This document shows positions 41,701 through 55,199 of a stretch of 64,000 nucleotides of DNA, piece by piece. The stretch is taken from the NCBI GenBank assembly GCA_964016885.1, contig OZ024741.1, positions 24,924,001 through 24,988,000 of the forward strand, in the 5' to 3' direction. Numbering within the stretch: position 1 is the first letter of the stretch; every line of letters begins with the position of its first letter. The notes below the pieces were generated by a model. That model was not told the DNA's origin, ran no database searches, and was given only the letters and a program-made list of their open reading frames with translations. This DNA is from Eledone cirrhosa (lineage: Eukaryota). The position numbers and the translations under genes were made by a program.

Positions 41701-44700
41701 ATTAGAAATATGGTAATGAAAGGGTTAAACAACATAGACAGTGTCTTTTATTAGAAATATGGTAATGAAAGGGTTAAACAACATAGACAATGTCTTTTAT
41801 TAGAAATATGGTAATGAAAGGTTTAAACAACATAGACAGTGTCTTTTATTAGAAATATGGTAATGAAAGGGTTAAACAACATAGACAGTGTCTTTTATTG
41901 GAAATATGATAATGAAAGGGTTAAACAACATAGACAGTGTCTTTTATTAGAAATATGGTAATGAAAGTGTTAAACAACATAGACAGTGTCTTTTATTAGA
42001 AATATGGTAATGAAAGTGTTAAACAACATAGACAGTGTCTTTTATTAGAAAGGTGGTAATGAAAGTGTTAAACAACATAGACAGTATCTTTTATTAGAAA
42101 TGTGGTAATGAAAGTGTTAAACAACATAGACAGTATCTTTTATTAGGAATGTGGTAATGAAAGGGATAAAAAACATAGACAGTGTCTTTTATTAGAAATA
42201 TGGTAATGAAAGTGTTAAACAACATAGACAGTGTCTTTTATTAGAAATATGGTAATGAAAGGGTTAAACAACATATATAGTGTCTTTCATTAGAAATATG
42301 GTAATGAAAGGGTTAAATTACATAGGCAGTGTCTTCTATTAGAAATATGAAAATGAAAGGGTTAAACAACATAGACAGTGTCTTTTATTAGAAATATGGT
42401 AATGAAAGTGTTAAACAACATAGACAGTGTCTTTTATTAGAAATATGGTAATGAAAGTGTTAAACAACATAGACAGTGTCTTTTATTAGAAATGTGGTAA
42501 TGAAAGTGTTAAACAACATAGACAGTATCTTTTATTAGAAATGTGGTAATGAAAGGGTTAAACAACATAGACAGTGTCTTTTATTAGAAATGTGGTAATG
42601 AAAGGGTTAAACAACATAGACAGTGTCTTTTATTAGAAATATGGTAATGAAAGGGTTAAACAACATAGACAGTGTCTGTTATTAGAAATATGGTAATTAA
42701 AGAGTTAAACAACATAGACAGTGTCTTTTATTAGAAATATGGTAATGAAAGGGTTAAACAACATAGACAGTGTGTTTTGTTAGACATATGGTAATGAAAG
42801 GGTTAAACAACATAGACAGTGTCTTTTATTAGATATAGGGTAATGAAAGTGTTAAACAACATAGACAGTGTCTTTTATTAGAAATATGGTAATGAAAGGG
42901 TTAAACAACATAGACAGTGTCTTTTATTAGAAATATGGTAATGAAAGGGTTAAACAACATAGACAGTGTCTTTTATTAGATATAGGGTAATGAATGTGTT
43001 AAACAACATAGACAGTGTCTTTTATTAGAAATATGGTAATGAAAGGGTTAAACAACATAGACAGTGTCTTTTATTAGAAATATGGTAATGAAAGGGTTAA
43101 ACAACATAGACAGTGTCTTTTATTAGATATAGGGTAATGAAAGGGTTAAACAACATAGACAGTGTCTTTTATTAGAAATATGGTAATGAAAGGGTTAAAC
43201 AACATATACAGTGTCTTTTATTAGAAATATGGTAATGAAAGGGTTAAACAACATAGACAGTGTCTTTTATTGGAAATATGATAATGAAAGGGTTAAACAA
43301 CATAGACAGTGTCTTTTATTAGAAATATGGTAATGAAAGCGTTAAACAACATGGACAGTGTCTTTTATTAGAAATATGGTAATGAAAGGGTTAAACAACA
43401 TAGACAGTGTCTTTTATTAGAAATATGGTAATGAAAGGGTTAAACAACATAGACAGTGTGTTTTATTAGACATATGGTAATGAAAGGGTTAAACAACATA
43501 GACAGTGTCTTTTATTAGATATAGGGTAATGAAAGTGTTAAACAACATAGACAGTGTCTTGTATTAGAAATATGGTAATGAAAGTGTTGAACAACATAGA
43601 CAGTGTCTTTTATTAGAAATATGGTAATGAAAGGGTTAAACAACATAGACAGTGTCTTTTATTAGAAATATGGTAATGAAAGGGTTAAACAACATAGACA
43701 GTGTCTTTTATTAGAAATATGGTAATGAAAGGTTTAAACAACATAGACAGTGTGTTTTATTAGAAATATGGTAATGAAAGGGTTAAACAACATGGACAGT
43801 GTCTTTTATTACAAATATGATAATGAAAGGGTTAAAAAACATAGACAGTGTCTTGTATTAGAAATATGGTAATGAAAGGGTTAAACAACATAGACAGTGT
43901 CTTTTATTAGAAATATGGTAATGAAAGGGTTAAACAACATAGACAGTGTCTTTTATTAGAAATATGGTAATGAAAGGGTTAAACAACATAGACAATGTCT
44001 TTTATTAGAAATATGGTAATGAAAGGGTTAAACAACATAGACAGTGTCTTTTATTAGAAATATGGTAATGAAAGGGTTAAACGACATAGACAGTGTCTTT
44101 TATTGGAAATATGATAATGAAAGGGTTAAACAACATAGACAGTGTCTTTTATTAGAAATATGGTAATGAAAGGGTTAAACAACATAGATAGTGTCTTTCA
44201 TTAGAAATATGGTAATGAAAGGGTTAAATTACATAGGCAGTGTCTTCTATTAGAAATATCATAATGAAAGGGTTAAACAACATAGACAGTGTCTTTTATT
44301 AGAAATATGGTAATGAAAGTGTTAAACAACATAGACAGTGTCTTTTATTAGAAATATGGTAATGAAAGTGTTAAACAACATAGACAGTGTCTTTTATTAG
44401 AAATGTGGTAATGAAAGTGTTAAACAACATAGACAGTATCTTTTATTAGAAATGTGGTAATGAAAGGGTTAAACAACATAGACAGTGTCTTTTATTAGAA
44501 ATGTGGTAATGAAAGGGTTAAACAACATAGACAGTGGCTTTTATTAGAAATATGGTAATGAAAGGGTTAAACAACATAGACAGTGTCTGTTATTAGAAAT
44601 ATGGTAATTAAAGAGTTAAACAACATAGACAGTGTCTTTTATTAGAAATATGGTAATGAAAGGGTTAAACAACATAGACAGTGTGTTTTGTTAGACATAT

Positions 44701-45300
44701 GGTAATGAAAGGGTTAAACAACATAGACAGTGTCTTTTATTAGATATAGGGTAATGAAAGTGTTAAACAACATAGACAGTGTCTTTTATTAGAAATATGG
44801 TAATGAAAGGGTTAAACAACATAGACAGTGTCTTTTATTAGAAATATGGTAATGAAAGGGTTAAACAACATAGACAGTGTCTTTTATTAGATATAGGGTA
44901 ATGAATGTGTTAAACAACATAGACAGTGTCTTTTATTAGAAATATGGTAATGAAAGGGTTAAACAACATAGACAGTGTCTTTTATTAGAAATATGGTAAT
45001 GAAAGGGTTAAACAACATAGACAGTGTCTTTTATTAGATATAGGGTAATGAAAGGGTTAAACAACATAGACAGTGTCTTTTATTAGAAATATGGTAATGA
45101 AAGGGTTAAACAACATATACAGTGTCTTTTATTAGAAATATGGTAATGAAAGGGTTAAACAACATAGACAGTGTCTTTTATTGGAAATATGATAATGAAA
45201 GGGTTAAACAACATAGACAGTGTCTTTTATTAGAAATATGGTAATGAAAGGGTTAAACAACATGGACAGTGTCTTTTATTAGAAATATGGTAATGAAAGG
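37850..45300. repeat. 76-monomer (3724-bp) duplication x2 with internal 39-monomer relationship
   Basis: AAATTACATAGGC 38594/42318 and 40505/44229, AATTAAAGAG 38971/42695 and 40882/44606, AAACGAC 40359/44083 are offset 3724 = 76x49. Internal offset 38971 to 40882 is 1911 = 39x49. Confidence 0.88.
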
Positions 45301-46480
45301 GTTAAACAACATAGACAGTGTCTTTTATTAGAAATATGATAATGAAAGGGTTAAACAACATAGACAGTGTCTTTTATTAGATATAGGGTAATGAATGTGT
45401 TAAACAACATAGACAGTGTCTTTTATTAGAAATATGGTAATGAAAGGGTTAAACAACATAGACAGTGTCTTTTATTAGAAATATGGTAATGAAAGAGTTA
45501 AACAACATAGACAGTGTCTTTTATTAGAAATATGGTAATGAAAGGGTTAAACAACATAGACAGTGTGTTTTATTAGACATATGGTAATGAAAGAGTTAAA
45601 CAACATAGACAGTGTTTTTTATTAGATATAGGGTAATGAAAGTGTTAAACAACATAGACAGTGTCTTGTATTAGAAATATGGTAATGAAAGTGTTGAACA
45701 ACATAGACAGTGTCTTTTATTAGAAATATGGTAATGAAAGGGTTAAACAACATAGACAGTGTCTTTTATTAGAAATATGGTAATGAAAGGGTTAAACAAC
45801 ATAGACAGTGTCTTTTATTAGAAATATGGTAATGAAAGGTTTAAACAACATAGACAGTGTGTTTTATTAGAAATATGGTAATGAAAGGGTTAAACAACAT
45901 GGACAGTGTCTTTTATTACAAATATGATAATGAAAGGGTTAAAAAACATAGACAGTGTCTTGTATTAGAAATATGGTAATGAAAGGGTTAAACAACATAG
46001 ACAGTGTCTTTTATTAGAAATATGGTAATGAAAGGGTTAAACAACATAGACAGTGTCTTTTATTAGAAATATGGTAATGAAAGGGTTAAACAACATAGAC
46101 AATGTCTTTTATTAGAAATATGGTAATGAAAGGGTTAAACAACATAGACAGTGTCTTTTATTAGAAATATGGTAATGAAAGGGTTAAACGACATAGACAG
46201 TGTCTTTTATTGGAAATATGATAATGAAAGGGTTAAACAACATAGACAGTGTCTTTTATTAGAAATATGGTAATGAAAGGGTTAAACAACATAGATAGTG
46301 TCTTTCATTAGAAATATGGTAATGAAAGGGTTAAATTACATAGGCAGTGTCTTCTATTAGAAATATCATAATGAAAGGGTTAAACAACATAGACAGTGTC
46401 CTTTATTAGAAATATGGTAATGAAAGTGTTAAACAACATAGACAGTGTCTTTTATTAGAAATATGGTAATGAAAGTGTTA
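43400..46480. repeat. Segment repeated at a 43-monomer (2107-bp) offset
   Basis: AAACGAC 44083/46190 and AAATTACATAGGC 44229/46336 are offset 2107 = 43x49. Confidence 0.75.
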
Positions 46481-48439
46481 AACAACATAGACAGTGTCTT
46501 TTATTAGAAATATGGTAATGAAAGGGTTAAACAACATAGATAGTGTCTTTCATTAGAAATATGGTAATGAAAGGGTTAAATTACATAGGCAGTGTCTTCT
46601 ATTAGAAATATGATAATGAAAGGGTTAAACAACATAGACAGTGTCTTTTATTAGAAATATGGTAATGAAAGTGTTAAACAACATAGACAGTGTCTTTTAT
46701 TAGAAATATGGTAATGAAAGTGTTAAACAACATAGACAGTGTCTTTTATTAGAAATGTGGTAATGAAAGTGTTAAACAACATAGACAGTATCTTTTATTA
46801 GAAATGTGGTAATGAAAGGGTTAAACAACATAGACAGTGTCTTTTATTAGAAATGTGGTAATGAAAGGGTTAAACAACATAGACAGTGTCTTTTATTAGA
46901 AATATGGTAATGAAAGGGTTAAACAACATAGACAGTGTCTTTTATTAGAAATATGGTAATGAAAGGGTTAAATAACATAGACAGTGTCTTTTATTAGAAA
47001 TATGGTAATGAAAGGGTTAAACAACATAGACAGTGTCTTTTATTAGAAATATGATAATGAAAGGGTTAAACAACATAGATAGTGTCTTTTATTAGAAATA
47101 TGGTAATGAAAGGGTTAAACAACATAGACAGTGTCTTTTATTAGAAATAGGGTAATGAAAGGGTTAAACAACATAGACAGTGTCTTTTATTAGAAATATG
47201 ATAATGAAAGGGTTAAACAACATAGACAGTGTCTTTTATTAGAAATATGGTAATGAAAGAGTTAAACAACATAGACAGTGTCTTTTATTAGAAATATGGT
47301 AATGAAAGGGTTAAACAACATAGACAGTGTGTTTTGTTAGACATATGGTAATGAAAGGGTTAAACAACATAGACAGTGTCTTTTATTAGATATAGGGTAA
47401 TGAAAGTGTTAAACAACATAGACAGTGTCTTTTATTAGAAATATGGTAATGAAAGGGTTAAACAACATAGACAGTGTCTTTTATTAGAAATATGGTAATG
47501 AAAGGGTTAAACAACATAGACAGTGTCTTTTATTAGATATAGGTTAATGAATGTGTTAAACAACATAGACAGTGTCTTTTATTAGAAATATGGTAAGGAA
47601 AGGTTAAACAACATAGACAGTGTCTTTTATTAGAAATATGGTAATGAAAGGGTTAAACAACATAGACAGTGTCTTTTATTAGATATAGGGTAATGAAAGG
47701 GTTAAACAACATAGACAGTGTCTTTTATTAGAAATATGGTAATGAAAGGGTTAAACAACATAGATAGTGTCTTTTATTAGAAATATGGTAATGAAAGGGT
47801 TAAACAACATAGACAGTGTCTTTTATTAGATATAGGGTAATGAAAGGGTTAAACAACATAGACAGTGTCTTTTATTAGAAATATGGTAATGAAAGGGTTA
47901 AACAACATAGACAGTGTCTTTTATTAGAAATATGGTAATGAAAGGTTTAAACAACATAGACAGTGTCTTTTATTAAATATAGGGTAATGAAAGTGTTAAA
48001 AAACATAGACAGTGTCTTTTATTAGAAATATAATAATGAAAGGGTTAAACAACAGAAATATGGTAATGATAGGGTTAAACAACATAGACAGTGTCTTTTA
48101 TTAGAAATATGATAATGAAAGGGTTAAAAAACATAGACAGTGTCTTGTATTAGAAATATGGTAATGAAAGGGTTAAACAACATAGACAGTGTCTTTTATT
48201 AGAAATATTGTAATGAAAGGGTTAAACAACATAGACAGTGTCTTTTATTAGAAATATGGTAATGAAAGTGTTAAACAACATAGACAGTGTCTTTTATTAG
48301 AAATACAACATAGACAGTGTGTTTTATTAGAAATATGGTAATGAAAGGGTTAAACAACATAGACAGTGTCTTTTATTAGAAATATGATAATGAAAGGGTT
48401 AAAAAACATAGACAGTGTCTTGTATTAGAAATATGGTAA

Positions 48440-51400
48440 TGAAAGGGTTAAACAACATAGACAGTGTCTTTTATTAGAAATATGATAATGAAAGGTTTAA
48501 ACAACATAGAGAGTGTCTTTTATTAGATATAGGGTAATGAATGTGTTAAACAACATAGACAGTGTCTTTTATTAAAAATATGGTAATGAAAGGGTTAAAC
48601 AACATAGACAGTGTCTTTTATTCGAAATATGATAATGAAAGGGTTAAACAACATAGAGAGTGTCTTTTATCAGATATAGGGCAATGAATGTGTTAAACAA
48701 CATAGACAGTGTCTTTTATTAGAAATATGGTAATGAAAGGGTTAAACAACATAGACAGTGTCTTTTATTAGAAATATGGTAATGAAAGGGTTAGACAACA
48801 TAGACAGTGTCTTTTATTAGAAATATGGTAATGAAAGGGTTAAACAACATAGACAGTGTCTTTTATTAGAAATATGGTAATGAAAGGGTTAAACAACATA
48901 GACAGTGTCTTTTATTAGAAATACGGTAATGAAAGGGTTAAACAACATAGACAGTGTCTTTTATTAGAAATATGGTAATGAAAGGGTTAAACAACATAGA
49001 CAGTGTCTTTTATTAGAAATATGGTAATGAAAGGGTTAAACAACATAGACAGTGTCTTTTATTGGAAATATGATAATGAAAGGGTTAAACAACATAGACA
49101 GTGTCTTTTATTAGAAATATGGTAATGAAAGGGTTAAACAACATGGACAGTGTCTTTTATTAGAAATATGGTAATGAAAGGGTTAAACAACATAGACAGT
49201 GTCTTTTATTAGAAATATGATAATGAAAGGGTTAAACAACATAGACAGTGTCTTTTATTAGATATAGGGTAATGAATGTGTTAAACAACATAGACAGTGT
49301 CTTTTATTAGAAATATGGTAATGAAAGGGTTAAACAACATAGACAGTGTCTTTTATTAGAAATATGGTAATGAAAGAGTTAAACAACATAGACAGTGTCT
49401 TTTATTAGAAATATGGTAATGAAAGGGTTAAACAACATAGACAGTGTGTTTTATTAGACATATGGTAATGAAAGGGTTAAACAACATAGACAGTGTCTTT
49501 TATTAGATATAGGGTAATGAAAGTGTTAAACAACATAGACAGTGTCTTGTATTAGAAATATGGTAATGAAAGTGTTGAACAACATAGACAGTGTCTTTTA
49601 TTAGAAATATGGTAATGAAAGGGTTAAACAACATAGACAGTGTCTTTTATTAGAAATATGGTAATGAAAGGGTTAAACAACATAGACAGTGTCTTTTATT
49701 AGAAATATGGTAATGAAAGGTTTAAACAACATAGACAGTGTGTTTTATTAGAAATATGGTAATGAAAGGGTTAAACAACATAGACAGTGTCTTTTATTAG
49801 AAATATGGTAATGAAAGGGTTAAACAACATAGACAGTGTCTTTTATTAGAAATATGGTAATGAAAGATTTAAACAACATAGACAGTGTGTTTTATTAGAA
49901 ATATGGTAATGAAAGGGTTAAACAACATGGACAGTGTCTTTTATTAGAAATATGATAATGAAAGGGTTAAAAAACATAGACAGTGTCTTGTATTAGAAAT
50001 ATGGTAATGAAAGGGTTAAACAACATAGACAGTGTCTTTTATTGGAAATATGATAATGAAAGGGTTAAACAACATAGACAGTGTCTTTTATTAGAAATAT
50101 GGTAATGAAAGGGTTAAACAACATGGACAGTGTCTTTTATTAGAAATATGGTAATGAAAGGGTTAAACAACATAGACAGTGTCTTTTATTAGAAATATGA
50201 TAATGAAAGGGTTAAACAACATAGACAGTGTCTTTTATTAGATATAGGGTAATGAAAGGGTTAAACAACATAGACAGTGTCTTTTTTTAGAAATATGGTA
50301 ATGAAAGGATTAAACAACATAGACAGTGTCTTTTATTAGAAATATGGTAATGAAAGGGTTTAACAACATAAACAGTATCTTTTATTAGAAATGTGGTAAT
50401 GAAAGGGTTAAACAACATAGACAGTGTCTTTTATTAGAAATATGATAATGAAACGGTTAAACAACATAGAGAGTGTCTTTTATTAGAAATATGGTAATGA
50501 AAGGGTTAAACAACATAGACAGTGTTTTTTATTAGAAATATGGTAATGAAAGGTTTAAACAACATAGACAGTGTCTTTTATTAGAAATATGGTAATGAAA
50601 GCGTTAAACAACATAGACAGTGTCTTTTATTAGAAATATGGTAATGAAAGGGTTACACAACATAGACAGTGTCTTTTATTAGAAATATGGTAATGAAAGG
50701 TTTAAACAACATAGACAGTGTCTTTTATTAGAAATATGGTAATGAAAGGGTTAAACAACATAGACAGTGTCTTTTATTAGAAATATGATAATGAAAGGGT
50801 TAAACAACATAGACAGTGTCTTTTATTAGAAATATGGTAATGAAAGGGTTAAACAACATAGACAGTGTCTTTTATTAGAAATAGGGTAATGAAAGGGTTA
50901 AACAACATAGACAGTGTCTTTTATTAGAAATATGATAATGAAAGGGTTAAACAACATAGACAGTGTCTTTTGTTAGAAATATGATAATGAAAGGGTTAAA
51001 CAACATAGACAGTGTCTTTTATTAGAAATATGGTAATGAAAGGGTTAAACAACATAGACAGTGTCTTTTATTAGAAATATGGTAATGAAAGGGTTAAACA
51101 ACATAGATAGTGTCTTTTATTAGAAATATGGTAATGAAAGGGTTAAACAACATAGACAGTGTCTTTTATTAGCAATATGGTAATGAAAGGGTTAAACAAC
51201 ATAGACAGTGTCTTTTATTAGAAATATGGTAATGAAAGGGTTAAACAACATAGACAGTATCTTTTATTAGAAATATGGTAATGAAAGGGTTAAACAACAT
51301 AGACAGTGTCTTTTATTAGAAATATGGTAATGAAAGGGTTAAACAACATAGACAGTGTCTTTTATTAGAAATATGGTAATGCAAGAGTTAAACAACATAG

Positions 51401-54400
51401 ACAGTGTCTTTTATTAGAAATATGGTAATGAAAGGGTTAAACAACATAGATAGTGTCTTTCATTAGAAATATGGTAATGAAAGGGTTAAATTACATAGGC
51501 AGTGTCTTCTATTAGAAATATCATAATGAAAGGGTTAAACAACATAGACAGTGTCTTTTATTAGAAATATGGTAATGAAAGTGTTAAACAACATAGACAG
51601 TGTCTTTTGTTAGAAATATGGTAATGAAAGTGTTAAACAACATAGACAGTGTCTTTTATTAGAAATGTGGTAATGAAAGTGTTAAACAACATAGACAGTA
51701 TCTTTTATTAGAAATGTGGTAATGAAAGTGTTAAACAACATAGACAGTATCTTTTATTAGAAATGTGGTAATGAAAGGGATAAAAAACATAGACAGTGTC
51801 TTTTATTAGAAATATGGTAATGAAAGTGTTAAACAACATAGACAGTGTCTTTTATTAGAAATATGGTAATGAAAGGGTTAAACAACATAGATAGTGTCTT
51901 TCATTAGAAATATGGTAATGAAAGGGTTAAATTACATAGGCAGTGTCTTCTATTAGAAATATGATAATGAAAGGGTTAAACAACATAGACAGTGTCTTTT
52001 ATTAGAAATATGGTAATGAAAGTGTTAAACAACATAGACAGTGTCTTGTATTAGAAATATGGTAATAAAAGTGTTGAACAACATAGACAGTGTCTTTTAT
52101 TAGAAATATGGTAATGAAAGGGTTAAACAACATAGACAGTGTCTTTTATTAGAAATATGATAATGAAAGGTTTAAACAACATAGAGAGTGTCTTTTATTA
52201 GATATAGGGTAATGAATGTGTTAAACAACATAGACAGTGTCTTTTATTAGAAATATGGTAATGAAAGGGTTAAACAACATAGACAGTGTCTTTTATTCGA
52301 AATATGATAATGAAAGGGTTAAACAACATAGAGAGTGTCTTTTATCAGATATAGGGCAATGAATGTGTTAAACAACATAGACAGTGTCTTTTATTAGAAA
52401 TATGGTAATGAAAGGGTTAAACAACATAGACAGTGTCTTTTATTAGAAATATGGTAATGAAAGGGTTAGACAACATAGACAGTGTCTTTTATTAGAAATA
52501 TGGTAATGAAAGGGTTAAACAACATAGACAGTGTCTTTTATTAGAAATATGGTAATGAAAGGGTTAAACAACATAGACAGTGTCTTTTATTAGAAATATG
52601 GTAATGAAAGGGTTAAACAACATAGACAGTGTCTTTTATTAGAAATATGGTAATGAAAGGGTTAAACAACATAGACAGTGTCTTTTATTAGAAATATGGT
52701 AATGAAAGGGTTAAACAACATAGACAGTGTCTTTTATTGGAAATATGATAATGAAAGGGTTAAACAACATAGACAGTGTCTTTTATTAGAAATATGGTAA
52801 TGAAAGGGTTAAACAACATGGACAGTGTCTTTTATTAGAAATATGGTAATGAAAGGGTTAAACAACATAGACAGTGTCTTTTATTAGAAATATGATAATG
52901 AAAGGGTTAAACAACATAGACAGTGTCTTTTATTAGATATAGGGTAATGAATGTGTTAAACAACATAGACAGTGTCTTTTATTAGAAATATGGTAATGAA
53001 AGGGTTAAACAACATAGACAGTGTCTTTTATTAGAAATATGGTAATGAAAGAGTTAAACAACATAGACAGTGTCTTTTATTAGAAATATGGTAATGAAAG
53101 GGTTAAACAACATAGACAGTGTGTTTTATTAGACATATGGTAATGAAAGGGTTAAACAACATAGACAGTGTCTTTTATTAGATATAGGGTAATGAAAGTG
53201 TTAAACAACATAGACAGTGTCTTGTATTAGAAATATGGTAATGAAAGTGTTAAACAACATAGACAGTGTCTTTTATTAGAAATATGGTAATGAAAGGGTT
53301 AAACAACATAGACAGTGTCTTTTATTAGAAATATGGTAATGAAAGGGTTAAACAACATAGACAGTGTCTTTTATTAGAAATATGGTAATGAAAGGTTTAA
53401 ACAACATAGACAGTGTGTTTTATTAGAAATATGGTAATGAAAGGGTTAAACAACATAGACAGTGTCTTTTATTAGAAATATGGTAATGAAAGGGTTAAAC
53501 AACATAGACAGTGTCTTTTATTAGAAATATGGTAATGAATGATTTAAACAACATAGACAGTGTGTTTTATTAGAAATATGGTAATGAAAGGGTTAAACAA
53601 CATGGACAGTGTCTTTTATTAGAAATATGATAATGAAAGGGTTAAAAAACATAGACAGTGTCTTGTATTAGAAATATGGTAATGAAAGGGTTAAACAACA
53701 TAGACAGTGTCTTTTATTGGAAATATGATAATGAAAGGGTTAAACAACATAGACAGTGTCTTTTATTAGAAATATGGTAATGAATGGGTTAAACAACATG
53801 GACAGTGTCTTTTATTAGAAATATGGTAATGAAAGGGTTAAACAACATAGACAGTGTCTTTTATTAGAAATATGATAATGAAAGGGTTAAACAACATAGA
53901 CAGTGTCTTTTATTAGATATAGGGTAATGAAAGGGTTAAACAACATAGACAGTGTCTTTTTTTAGAAATATGGTAATGAAAGGATTAAACAACATAGACA
54001 GTGTCTTTTATTAGAAATATGGTAATGAAAGGGTTTAACAACATAAACAGTATCTTTTATTAGAAATGTGGTAATGAAAGGGTTAAACAACATAGACAGT
54101 GTCTTTTATTAGAAATATGATAATGAAACGGTTAAACAACATAGAGAGTGTCTTTTATTAGAAATATGGTAATGAAAGGGTTAAACAACATAGACAGTGT
54201 TTTTTATTAGAAATATGGTAATGAAAGGTTTAAACAACATAGACAGTGTCTTTTATTAGAAATATGGTAATGAAAGCGTTAAACAACATAGACAGTGTCT
54301 TTTATTAGAAATATGGTAATGAAAGGGTTACACAACATAGACAGTGTCTTTTATTAGAAATATGGTAATGAAAGGTTTAAACAACATAGACAGTGTCTTT

Positions 54401-54440
54401 TATTAGAAATATGGTAATGAAAGGGTTAAACAACATAGAC
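48440..54440. repeat. 75-monomer (3675-bp) duplication, second copy partial
   Basis: TTTATCAGATATAGGGCAATG 48671/52346 and GAAAGCGTT 50602/54277 are offset 3675 = 75x49. Confidence 0.85.
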
Positions 54441-55130
54441 AGTGTCTTTTATTAGAAATATGGTAATGAAAGGGTTAAACAACATGGACAGTGTCTTTTA
54501 TTAGAAATATGGTAATGAAAGGGTTAAACAACATAGACAGTGTCTTTTATTAGAAATATGATAATGAAAGGGTTAAACAACATAGACAGTGTCTTTTATT
54601 AGATATAGGGTAATGAAAGGGTTAAACAACATAGACAGTGTCTTTTTTTAGAAATATGGTAATGAAAGGATTAAACAACATAGACAGTGTCTTTTATTAG
54701 AAATATGGTAATGAAAGGGTTTAACAACATAAACAGTATCTTTTATTAGAAATGTGGTAATGAAAGGGTTAAACAACATAGACAGTGTCTTTTATTAGAA
54801 ATATGATAATGAAACGGTTAAACAACATAGAGAGTGTCTTTTATTAGAAATATGGTAATGAAAGGGTTAAACAACATAGACAGTGTTTTTTATTAGAAAT
54901 ATGGTAATGAAAGGTTTAAACAACATAGACAGTGTCTTTTATTAGAAATATGGTAATGAAAGCGTTAAACAACATAGACAGTGTCTTTTATTAGAAATAT
55001 GGTAATGAAAGGGTTACACAACATAGACAGTGTCTTTTATTAGAAATATGGTAATGAAAGGTTTAAACAACATAGACAGTGTCTTTTATTAGAAATATGG
55101 TAATGAAAGGGTTAAACAACATAGACAGTG
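53770..55130. repeat. 14-monomer (686-bp) duplication
   Basis: GAAAGCGTT 54277/54963, with flanking GGATTAAAC, CATAAACAGTATC and GAAACGG variants in the same order. Confidence 0.85.
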
Positions 55131-55199
55131 TCTTTTATTAGAAATATGATAATGAAAGGGTTAAACAACATAGACAGTGTCTTTTATTAGAAATATGGT

